Positions 1-9,582 of a stretch of DNA of 12,938 bases are shown here, in pieces (the stretch's first letter is position 1; every line of letters starts with the position of its first letter). Position numbers and translations under genes: made by a program. The DNA comes from Octopus sinensis (Eukaryota): positions 1 through 12,938 of the forward strand of contig NW_021826427.1 of the NCBI RefSeq assembly GCF_006345805.1, given 5' to 3'. Under the pieces are notes generated by a model. It ran no database searches and was not told the DNA's origin. It saw only the letters and a list, made by a program, of their open reading frames with translations.

Positions 1-1587
1 GCAAGTGCTAGCTCTTTCAGCCTGCCTGAAAGATCAACTGTGCAGTGAAACTTTAAGTCAGTGTTAAATTTAATTCTTTTTTTTTTTATATAAACATAGT
101 AATGGCTGCTTGTAAGTGCGTAAGGAAGTGAGTTGTATATGGAAACTGTGTTTTCGATCAAATGTATTAAGGTTTATAAATAAAACAGTTAAATATATAT
201 ACAGCTTGGTTTAATCATTTGATTAACATCCCTCTCATTCAAATGTTTTTCATATTCTCGTAGAAGAAAACATACATTTTCCCGCTTAAAAGAAAACACA
301 TTTTCCGGTTTTCTTTTTATTTTCGTACCTTCATTACCGCTGTTTAAATAAATAATGAAAAAAAAACTTCACGGATGTTACTGTCTGGAGTAGAGAACAA
401 ACTAATCCAAACGTCCAATAATAAGCTAAATCGAATTTCTTTCTCTGCGCTTCTTATGTTCATAAAAAAATCATGAACGATTTCTAGTTATTCTCTTCAT
501 CCGGATATAGAGTCCTTGATACTGTAATAAACAATTCAGAAATGCCATCTGAATGGAAAATTTAAAAAAAACTTCTTGTTAATCTTTAAGGTAAACATTT
601 GTTTGATGAGGGCGTTGCTATATTCCGTCTCCGAATGCAGGAGTTCGTTTCTCAAGCGGTATTAGGTGCTTTGCCCCATTTCCACCTCGATACCAGAGCC
701 GCCCGTAGCCATCCCCCACACAGACAACAAAACTTTTGCATAACAGCACGAACTTTGTTGAGTCAGACATTGTAGCTCTGGGCCTGATATTTCTATTATC
801 CTTAATATTCATTCATGCTACACTGTTCGTCCTCTCTCTTGAACCAGATGTAATGGCTCATTTTTTTTCAGCCGCCCAAACAACTTTCTGGCAACATTTT
901 TGTTTTAGCATTATCTGGTAAAAAAAGAATTCTCATTTATTCTGTTCGCTTTGTAATACACCCTGCATTAAATATGCTAGCACTAACTTGAATACTGTTC
1001 TTTATGCCAATGGTGTCTATTAATCATTTGGTTTCTAAACAATTCTATTTTTCTACACTAACAAATAGAACAATGTGGCGACTTGTGTTCAGTTAAATAA
1101 ATCAATATTATTAAATTACGATTAAAAAGAAGAAAAAAACCTTTGCAACAAATCATGAGAGATTCAAATTATCTAGTTTGAAAATACGCCATATGTGACT
1201 AATTTTAAACTCTTATGTACACAATCGGACATAAAACCACATACATACAGCTCCCCCCCACCACACACACACACATACGTACAAACGCACAAAAGCTGTG
1301 ACAAAAGCTGCAAGACATTTTGGACTTGAGTGGTTTCAACTTTAAAAAGAATCATCAGCAGACATTCAATAAAAATGTATAAAAGACAAAACCATTCATT
1401 AGATGAAGTTCATTATATTATTCAAAAACTATATCCGACACGAAGATCTAGTTTCACGAATGTACAAGAACCATTTAGTGTTCGTATCACAGAACGACGT
1501 TATTAAAAGGATTATTAATTACATCATATCATTCTGGAATGACGTCTTAAATTTGCTTCGGCAGACATTTACGCTATGGTCAAACTT

Positions 1588-1620
1588 TACACTATTATCA
1601 GATAAATTCGTCCATTTTTT
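1588..1620 (-). repeat. Candidate single mariner terminal inverted repeat with TA
   Basis: TACACTATTATCAGATAAATTCGTCCATTTTTT lies just past the end of the transposase and starts with TA, as expected for a mariner TIR and target site. I found no partner TIR in the window. Confidence 0.35.
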
Positions 1621-2031
1621 CCTGTTTGTTTTAGTCATTATTTTTCATCAACAATTTTAACAAACCAACCAATGATAGACTCTGTCATTATTAACGAATT
1701 CTCGCCAACGTTCCACTAGCTCGTTAATGACTCCATGATATGGATCACTGAGCTACATTTTCAGATCCACGCAGCTGTTGAACGAAATGCATCGGAGATT
1801 GTAGGAGAACGATCGTTAAATGCATTATATTAAGAAAACCGATGGTGCAGCAGAACTTTTCGACCAACCTCTTGAATAGCATTTTTCAAAATTAGCGATG
1901 TGGACGCTAGTGTTGTCACGTAGAAAAAAGCACACCGCATCGCTGCTCGGGTCGTTTCGGCGGGATTCCTTATTTGCTTGGTACATTTGCAGATGGCCTC
2001 GTTTCGGGTACGCGGTATTGACAAGTGACAA
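1588..2031 (-). mobile_element. Decayed mariner (DD34D-type) transposase, C-terminal half plus probable 3' end
   Basis: Stitching minus-strand frames gives FFLRDNTSVHIANF (1894-1920; cf. LLHDNARPHVA), KNAIQEVGRKVLLHHRFS (cf. KNAIQELGWEVLPHPPYS), RSFSYNLRCISFN (cf. RSLSNALRGVSFN) and INELVERWREFVNND (1699-1719; cf. IEKLVERWEEVVNSN). There are several frameshifts and stops, and the YSPDLAPSD motif is eroded. Confidence 0.85.
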
Positions 2032-2210
2032 AGATGACGAAACATTAATTTTTATCGCTCTTCTAACTGGACCTGATGCGAGTTATCTCGCTTGTCTATG
2101 AATTCCATGTGTTTTAACACCAGGTGAATTCCTGAGAATATATTCTCTTATAACCACAATCGCAGCCTACTCATGAACTGATAAACCACATACCTTGTGT
2201 TCGATATTGT

Positions 2211-2211
2211 T

Positions 2212-2247
<36 letters not shown>

Positions 2248-2352
2248 TGTGTGTGTGTGGTGTGTGTGTGTGTGTGTGTGTGTAATTGTATATTTCTACA
2301 CATATATATTTACACACACACACACACCACACACACACACACATATATATAT
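2211..2352. repeat. Compound microsatellite (TA)n(TG)n-spacer-(CA)n(TA)n, palindromic overall
   Basis: Read directly: TG array 2248-2283, CA array 2312-2343, TA arrays on both outer sides. Confidence 0.95.
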
Positions 2353-2380
2353 GTAAATGTAATATGTGACAATTATTCGG

Positions 2381-2454
2381 TAGCCAAGATAAAATTCTGA
2401 GTTTCGGATGCCGAGGTGGAAATCCATGCCACCATCTCTTCAGTTATCCGGCCA
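2381..2454 (-). ncRNA. Type I hammerhead ribozyme motif (Penelope/retrozyme-like)
   Basis: Minus strand reads TGGCCGGATAA-CTGAAGA-GATG..(22 nt)..CATCC-GAAA-CTCAGAA-TT-TTATCTTGGCTA. Core CUGAAGA is at 2443-2437 and GAAA at 2405-2402. Stem I is about 11 bp with two GU pairs and one bulge; stem II is GATG/CATC. The predicted cut lies between 2393 and 2392. Position 16.2 is A, which mismatches C15.2. Confidence 0.8.
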
Positions 2455-2463
2455 TCGGAAAAA

Positions 2464-2549
2464 CGCTATGAAAAATGACCGTTATACAAAGGGAAATTAC
2501 TGTGTTATTGACCGCTATTTAGACAAAAGCGCTATTCGAATGACCGCTA
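2464..2549. repeat. Degenerate ~32-bp (2 x 16) repeat with TGACCG(C/T)TA x3
   Basis: TGACCGTTA at 2476, TGACCGCTA at 2509 and 2541; CG(C/T)TA at 2464, 2480, 2513, 2530 and 2545. Confidence 0.7.
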
Positions 2550-2824
2550 ATTAAGGTAAGGGAGTAAAAAGTTCATAGTATACGCGTAAGCGTGCCTGTT
2601 CATATGTACACATGTGCACCCGCACACCCACGTGCATACGCATACATTCTTCCACCCTCACTAAAAAACGTACACATCTTCACTCGCATCTTTCACCAAA
2701 TGTATATGCATATACATACAAACCCACACATACACGCGCGCATGAAAAAGTTCATACATACTTCTGCATACGCACAAGCACAAGAAAAAACAGGGTTAAA
2801 GGTAACAATACAGAAAAAAGGCAT

Positions 2825-3024
2825 AAGGAAGTATACAAAGAGTAAACCACGTTCATATACGGACTTTTTTTTAGACGTATGTATAATCCTTTTTGTGCGT
2901 GCATGTGTGTGTATGCGTATATAGACGTGTGCGAGTATGTGCATATATGGGCGTGTGTGTGTGTGTGTGCGTGCATAAGGGTATGTCCGTATATGAACCT
3001 GGTTTACTCTTTGTATACTTCCTT
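2825..3024. repeat. 40-bp inverted repeat (39/40) around a 120-bp GT-rich spacer
   Basis: AAGGAAGTATACAAAGAGTAAACCACGTTCATATACGGAC (2825-2864) versus GTCCGTATATGAACCTGGTTTACTCTTTGTATACTTCCTT (2985-3024). No target-site duplication is evident. Confidence 0.95.
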
Positions 3025-3499
3025 TTATAAAGATCTTCCCTTCTACGCTAATTTTCGTTCAATGTTTAGTCATTTTTTCAATTGATTGTTATCTTTTGAC
3101 TTAAAGACCTCCATTAGTAACTGATTTTTATTTATATGAATCTTTGCAAGAAGATTCGGTGTCTAGTTACACTGTTTCTTAGATAAATTAACTTAATAGC
3201 TTCTTATTGGTGCTTGATAGCATTTTATGACATCGTCAGCGTTAAAGTTGAGTTTCACAATTACTGTTCTTCTTTCTTTTTCAAAGTAAATCATCTCCGA
3301 TTATATTCTACCAGATAGCAGTATTGTTTCCGTTACCATTTCTGTTGTTAATGATGTTTCAGCGTTCGCTTTGCTCGGCACAACTCTCGTACTTGTTGAT
3401 TATCACAAATGACGATAATTAAAAATATATATAGTAAGGATGGAAAACAAATAAGCAATATATCATATGTTAATACATACACATTTAATTAAATCAAGT

Positions 3500-4740
3500 T
3501 TATATAGAAGTTAAGGCGAAAGTTATGATAAAAGAAATTTGTGACAATCTTTTTCGACATTACCACTATCCCTGAAGTAGCCTGTGTTATTCTTGACAGC
3601 TACATACATTTATCCATGCACCAAGAGACTAGTAAGGCGGAGCAGACCTACTTTACTAAAGGACTAACATTGATGTTTGACTCCATCGTGAAAGACAAGC
3701 AAACGGAAGCTGTAATCGTGTAAAGATAAATAGCAAAATTTTGTCTGTAGGTCTCAATTTTATTCTTGACACGATAGATTTCTCATACAGTAAGAATGTA
3801 ACCTGCGAACATGCGTTCATGTAAGGGTTATTTTGATTATTATCCTATTGCAAAGCATAAAACATCACTATTTCTAGGAACTCCAATGAATAATTATACG
3901 TATTATCTTAATCATCGGAGGAATCAATATTTTGTAACTTACTCCGTCAATTGAACTGATATTTTTCTCATTTTCGGAATCAGCAACAGTAATGGTAGAA
4001 GATCTAATGGTCTACCAAAAATGTGACATTTCGCGTTAATTCGATTCCAACCTCGACGCGATTTGAAAGCTCAAACTAATAAATCAGAATCTGTTTTTCC
4101 ACTTCTATCACCGGCCCAAAGAATAGAATAAGTCCAGTCACCTTCTTCTTAATTCTGTAGTTGTATATTAATAATAAATTGTAATGCCACCACTCGACTC
4201 CAAAATGAAGATTGAGTCATAAATATATTCACTATAACAGCTTTGCCAACTTTCTTTACGATAGGAAGTGTTTGTTGAAAATCATCTAGAATCTCCACAG
4301 TATTACCAAAAGAGGTAAAAAGGAAGTCATTTTGCAAAAGAGCACGGAATGTGCCAGCAGCAGTTTCATACACGCACTCGACATTTGTAATATTTCATTC
4401 TAATGGAGGAAATCAGCTTCGAATTGGCTTTATCAGTTTCCTGTTGACATCAATGACGCAAACAGAACCTCTATAAATAGAAATTAAAATATTAAAGTTG
4501 AATGATTTAAAGAATAATATTTTAAAAAATGCAGCAAATCCTGTTGATGCATACAATGAAAACTGGTTGAGCCAACATATTTCCGTATATTGAATAAGAT
4601 TCGGTGCTTTGTTGAGATAATAATTGTTGCAAAGACTACGAATTACACTTCCAATAGTTGTGTCATCTCTGGCTGCTTTAAAAACAAACATTGAAATCAT
4701 CTCCTGTGTAAGGTGATTACTATAGTTCAAACATCGTTAT
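3500..4740 (-). pseudogene. Decayed Pif1-family (SF1B) helicase, most likely the helicase domain of a Helitron RepHel
   Basis: Motifs appear in order on the minus strand: ASTGFAA (4550-4530; cf. ASSGIAA), ADFLH*NE (cf. IIWDE, Walker B), DDFQQTLP (4286-4263; cf. GDFRQTLP), SFWSRV (cf. SYLW), SLEFL (cf. YPTEFL), SRIKLRPTDKILLFIFTRLQLP (cf. PRIKLxPSD..PF.F.RxQFP), Q.*SFSKVGL and HG*MYVA.SR (3618-3598; cf. QGQS..KVGL, HGQLYVALSR). Walker A is not recognisable; there are many stops, frameshifts and deletions. Confidence 0.88.
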
Positions 4741-4793
4741 CTAAGCGCACGTAGAAGGCCTTTTCCATAATTCAATAGAGTAAATGAAACTTC

Positions 4794-4844
4794 ACTGGTG
4801 CTTAATTTATCGACCCCGAAAGGATGAAAGGCAAAGTCGACCTC
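4794..4844 (-). mobile_element. SINE internal fragment (octopus-type tRNA-derived SINE body)
   Basis: Minus strand GAGGTCGACTTTGCCTTTCATCCTTTCGGGGTCGATAAATTAAGCACCAGT matches, from memory, the segment following the B box in abundant Octopus SINEs. Not verified by search. Confidence 0.6.
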
Positions 4845-5202
4845 AAAGAGATTAATAGTAAATTGTTTACAATAATTAGTTATTAAATAGTAATAAACTG
4901 TCTACCATAATTAGTGCCCTGCAGTATAATGGAGGGAACCTAAAATGCAACTCGAAGAGAAAATTGCATATCCTTCATCCAAATCTATGGTATTAAATAA
5001 AGAAATGAATTAATGTTAAGATATACATATTTACTTGGAAGGACCTATCGAACCTTTCCAAATAAATGGAATATCTATTAACGTACCTTAACATAATTGG
5101 TTGGATCTGCCTTTCTCGGTTAGGTGTATATTTAGTATATATAACATTTAGAAGATACACTAATATTTATGTTATGTAATTATTTTCGTAATTATCTAAT
5201 TA

Positions 5203-5240
5203 TTATTACTGATATTATTGTTGTTATGATTATTGGTGTG

Positions 5241-5323
<83 letters not shown>

Positions 5324-5400
5324 TATTATTATTATTATTATTTTATTATTATTATTATTATTATGTTATTATTATTATTTTATTATTATTATTATTATTA
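5203..5400. repeat. (TTA)n array with an internal (TCA)n block; 3' flank of the Dong element
   Basis: Read directly; TCA block about 5287-5322. Confidence 0.97.
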
Positions 5401-5499
5401 TCCAGTAGTTTTATTTTTATAGCGTGCTTTCACTTCACTACCGAGCGCAGCTCTGTGTGCCTTGGGTATGTGCTGTGATTTGTTGTGATGCTCTGATGG

Positions 5500-6064
5500 T
5501 TATTGTATGGAAAGTGTTCTGCGTAAGATGTGTGCAGTGCCTAGTAGTGCAATTTTCTGTATGTTATATTGTTTGTAAGTCCTGGTGTTTTTGTTATGTA
5601 TTTGTCTGAATATTTTTATCATGCCTAATGCACCTACTATGATAGGAATTGTTTCTGTTTTCAGGTTCCACATTCTAGTTACCTCTATTTCCAGGTCTTT
5701 GTATTTTGAGAGTTTCTCCATTTCTTTTAGAGACACGTTGTCATCTGCCGGTATTGATACATCAATTAGAAAGCATTTTTTTCTTCATGATCTCTGACAA
5801 CTATATCTGGTCTGTTGGCCTTAATTTCTCTATCTATGTATATCGGCATATCCCAGAGTATGGTTGCTTTCTCGTTTTCTGTGACCTTTTCTGGTGTGTG
5901 CCTATACCATCTTTTTTCTGTTGTTATTCCATAATGTTGGCATAGCTTCCAATGTATGTAGGTTCCAACTCTGTCATGTCTGTGAATATATTCCTTCTTA
6001 GCCAGGACTGGGCAGCTAGAGATAATATGATTTATTGTTTCTGTCCATCTCCACATATTCTGCA
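5500..6064 (-). pseudogene. Dong ORF: CCHC knuckle plus restriction-like endonuclease
   Basis: CRICG..ETINHIISSC (6064-6012), RHDRV, NRPDIVV (PD at 5810-5805), IDVSIP (5766-5749), EKLSKYKDL and ALLGTAHILRRTLSIQ*. Confidence 0.93.
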
Positions 6065-6699
6065 GTTACTTGTAATATTTCTTTTATTACATGTTTTTGG
6101 TAATTTCTGGTGGGGAGGCTTTGGTCTTGTGCTGCAATTAAAAATCCCTCTGTTTCTGCTTTGAGTCCTGAGCTTCTCAACCATTGCTGGGATTTTTCTT
6201 GTCTATTTCTTTGCGTTTAGTTTAGTCCAGTATTTACCATGAAGGGGCTTTTCTTGCCATCGTTTTATCATGGCTCGTTGCTGTTCTATTTTTAGTTTGG
6301 ATTTCATTTGTTTATAGCTTTTGTTGTTTCTTCATCATCTTCTTCTTCTTCTTTGTGTTTATTAGGTGGTATGATTCTTGTTTGTATTTGTAGCTTCCTT
6401 AATACTGAGAACAGTTTTTTGTTTTGCTCGTGTTTTGCTGCTATCTGGATCAGTTTTCCTTCCTTCTGAAGTAGGTATTTTTGCAGTCCTATGGTGGTTA
6501 TTTTATAGTAGTTTTCCAGCTGTATAAGCCTCTACCACCTTCTATACGTGTATATATAGTCTTTCTATGTCAGATTTGGGTGATGCATCCTAGATCCTGT
6601 CAGTATTTTTCTTGTATACCTATCTATTTTGGACAGTTCATTTCATGTCCAGTTAAGGATATTGTAGCTGTAACTTATAACTGGGACAGCTAAAGTGTT

Positions 6700-7760
6700 G
6701 ATACCTATTATCTTGTTTTAGCATTGAGCTCGTTTTTAGTATTGATCTAACTCGTCTATAATATTCCTTTTTTTATTTTCTCTTTCATTGTGTGTGTTTG
6801 TGTCTTATCTAGTTCATGATTCCTAAGTATTTGTAAGTTTGGCTTGGTCTAATTCTTTTATTTCATTGGTTTTATCTAGTGTGATGTTGTTACTCTTAAC
6901 AGTTTTCCTCTTTTCATGGTTACTTTGGCGCATTTTTCTAATCCAAATTCATATCTATTTCTTTGGTAAATCCATGAACTGTCTTTAATAGTGTTTCCAG
7001 CTGTTTGTCATTTGCAGCGTATAGTTTTTAGGTCATCCATATATAAAAGGTGGCTGATCGTTTTGCCGTAACATTATATCCGCATCCAGTTCTATTTAGC
7101 ATATCAGATAGAGTGACAGTGCCAAGCAGAAAAGGAGTGGAGAGGCGTGTCTCCCTGGAATATTCCTCTTCTAATGGGGATGTCTTTGGTTTTCATGAGT
7201 CCCCTTTTTGTTTGGAGGTGTAGGACTGTTGCCATTTATTCATAGAGTGCTCTATGAATTTTATGATTGTTGGTGCTACTTGTTAATGGCTAGTGTTTCG
7301 AGGATCCATGTGTGGGGGATGCTATCAAACGCCTTTTTGTAGTCAATCCGGCCATACTGAGGCCTTTTTTTTTCTTCTGTGGCTGTCTTCAGTTACGGCT
7401 TTATTAATCATTAGTTGATCTTTACAGCCATATGAGCCTTGCGGCATCCTTTCTGCTCTTCTGGGAACAGTTTGTTTTCGTCCAGGTGCTTGTTCAGCCT
7501 TTGCGATATCACTGCAGTAAATGCCTTGAACATAGTAGGGAGGCAGGTTATTGGTCTGTAGTTTTCTGGTTTTGTTGTTTCATTTGATTTAGGAATAAGA
7601 TGGTTTTCCCCCCTTCGTGAGCCATTCAGGCATTGTCTCTGGCTCTGCTAGTATGCTGTTAAGTTTTCAGCCAGCTTTTTGTGCATTCCTGTTAGATATT
7701 TCAACCAGAAGTTGGGGATCTTGTCATGCCCAGGTGCCTTCCAGTTGCTTAGTTTTTGCA
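6700..7760 (-). pseudogene. Dong ORF: reverse transcriptase domain
   Basis: ENYRPITCLPT, EEQKGCR, IDYKKAFDSIPH, RGIFQGD and HLLYMDDLK (YMDD at 7043-7032), with several 1-nt frameshifts. Confidence 0.95.
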
Positions 7761-8599
7761 GTGCCTGGTGACCTCTTCAGTTGTTATGGGGGTCCAAAGT
7801 TGTTCAGATGCCGAGTTTGTTATTTTCATACTCCTTTTTTTTGCTGTTCGTTCGCCGACCATATTTTTTTCCAGAATTCTTCCAATTCTTCTGCCGTTGG
7901 TGCTGCAGTAACTTCTATTTTATTTTTGCCTAGTTCTTGGTAGAACTTTTTGGGGTCGGAGTTGAACTTTTTGTTCTGTTCAAAGAAGCGTTGGCGTTTC
8001 TCGTACCGGCGGATCCTTTGAGCTTTGGCAAGGATCTTGCTTCAGCTTCACAGCTTTTCTTTTATCTCCGGCAAATCTTTTCTGTGATGTTATATTTGCG
8101 GAGCATTTTTGTTCTCTTTTTGTTGCTCAGTAGCGTTGCTGTTTGCTGATTTCATTAAGAATCGACAGGTCTTTTCTAATTTTTTTTTTTTTGTTTTGGA
8201 TGTTATTTATCCACAGGGTTGGTTTGGGTGGTGGTACTCCTGTTTGGGCGGGTTTGGGTGAGTATCCAGCTTCTTTTGTGGCTGCAGTGGCTGCTGCGTA
8301 TATCTAGTCATTTAGTTCTGATATCACTTTTTTTTGTTTCAGTGCTAGTTCAGTGACGGCTAGGTTTATGTGTTTATAATTGGTGTTGTTATTGGCGTTT
8401 ATTTTGATTCTTGGAGGTATGGTCGTGTCCATTTTGAGCTCTGTGGTTTTTAGTTCTTTGATTATTTTATTTTTTATATTATCATAATCATTAGGCTCCC
8501 CTTCGTTGTTTACATCATCGGTTTGTTGGGATGTTGCGTTTGTCTTCGTGTTTTACAGTTTCAGTGTTTATATTATTGGGCATTGTTGTGTGGCTTCTA

Positions 8600-8870
8600 T
8601 CTACATTTCCTGTGTTATTTTTTCTTTTAAAAATGTTCTATTTCTATTTCTGATACTTTTTTGGCTTTGAGAATGTATCTTCGTACGTTAGCTAATTTAT
8701 TAGGGTTCATTGCTGTATCCAAGTCTATATCTCTATTATTTTCCTTCCATATTTTATATGTATGTGTTGTTGTATTTTCATTTTGTGGGGAGAGCATTGC
8801 TGTGAAGTATGCGTGTAAGATAGAAATGTATTCCTCACGTGTCCATTTACGTCTTTTGGGTTTTAATTGC
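8600..8870 (-). pseudogene. Dong ORF: N-terminal Myb-like DNA-binding domain
   Basis: PKRRKWTREEYISILHAYF...KLANVRRYILKAKKVSEIEIE, typical of R4/Dong N-termini. Confidence 0.75.
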
Positions 8871-9304
8871 GGGACATGAGGTACAACGTCCGGCCCATTA
8901 TTTTGACGGTCGTCATTTCGTAGGGTACCGGTCCGTTTATTTCTGTTGTCACATTATTTCGCACGTGTAGTTTTTCGTACATTTTTTGTTGTAGGTTTAA
9001 TGTACGTACCGCTCGATTGTTATTCTTGGGTTGAATAGTATCGGTGGCATTTAATTTCTTCGTAGTTCCTTTGTACATGGTGTTGAGGTCGGGGATGATC
9101 GTGTTGTTCCACGCATGTTTACATGTGTTGTGTTAGAGGTGGAGATAATATCGAGTCAAAATACATCATTTCGTTTCGAAAATAGTAATAAATTTCAATT
9201 CGTATTACTTACTCGGATATAGTCCAATTCTTTGTTAGTAAATCTTTGGCTTCATAGGGTGACCTTGTTTTCGATGTTTGTGGATAGATTTCGGAGCTCT
9301 GTAT

Positions 9305-9357
9305 TTTCCTTCTTACATCTTCTTTCCTTCTTACATCTTCTTTCCTTCTTACATCTT
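9305..9357. repeat. 18-bp tandem repeat x2.9 at the 5' junction of the Dong element
   Basis: TTTCCTTCTTACATCTTC at 9305-9322 and 9323-9340, with a partial copy at 9341-9357. Confidence 0.95.
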
Positions 9358-9358
9358 A

Positions 9359-9360
<2 letters not shown>

Positions 9361-9438
<78 letters not shown>
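9361..9438. repeat. Pure (TTA)26; 5' flank of the Dong element
   Basis: Read directly. Confidence 0.97.
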
Positions 9439-9439
<1 letters not shown>

Positions 9440-9582
9440 CTTTAATTACGTTAGTTCTAATTATGTAGATTACCTTTCGTCAAGAATGTTCTAAGCTAAT
9501 GCTCAATATATTAAATTACCCATTACTGTTTACAAATGAGGTGGACAAAGGCTGCCCTGCTGATGAGGCGTCGCCCACTGTA

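Larger units (their letters stand above)
5401..9357 (-). mobile_element. Near full-length R4/Dong-clade RLE non-LTR retrotransposon, frameshifted, inserted in (TAA)n
   Basis: Single-ORF domain order across frameshifts: Myb-like N-terminus, AKAQRIRRYEKRQRFF, WKAPGHDKIPNFWLKYL, RT, CCHC, PD-(D/E)xK endonuclease, stop at 5500-5502, ~100-nt 3' UTR, then (TAA)n directly. The 5' end also abuts (TAA)n. Confidence 0.93.

Noticed and set aside
2197-3085. Several overlapping His/Thr/Val/Cys-rich ORFs
   Set aside because: They arise from CA/TG low-complexity sequence and show no domain motifs.
3030-3360. Semi-open minus-strand frame (ETSLTTEMVTE..KLNFNADDVIKCY..)
   Set aside because: Multiple stops and no recognisable motif; compatible with chance.
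3358-3385. Helitron 3' hairpin candidate (GCCGAGCAAAGCGAACGC on the minus strand)
   Set aside because: The stem is poor and no CTRR terminus follows within the expected distance.
5169-5478. Poly-Ile/Leu/Ser ORFs here and at 9232-9468, 9499-9937 and 10316-10663
   Set aside because: These are translations of (TTA)/(TCA) arrays, which lack stops in some frames.
7383-7790. CTGAAGA occurrences on the minus strand inside the Dong ORF
   Set aside because: They are codons (T-E-D/E) of the RT region, with no stem II or GAAA.
9130-9357. HDV-like ribozyme in the Dong 5' UTR, as known for some R2/R4 elements
   Set aside because: I could not find the nested P1/P2/P3/P1.1 pairing in this AT-rich segment by eye; a descriptor search would be needed to exclude it fully.
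9305-9357. CRISPR-like or regulatory array
   Set aside because: Head-to-tail repeat with no spacers, in a eukaryotic context.
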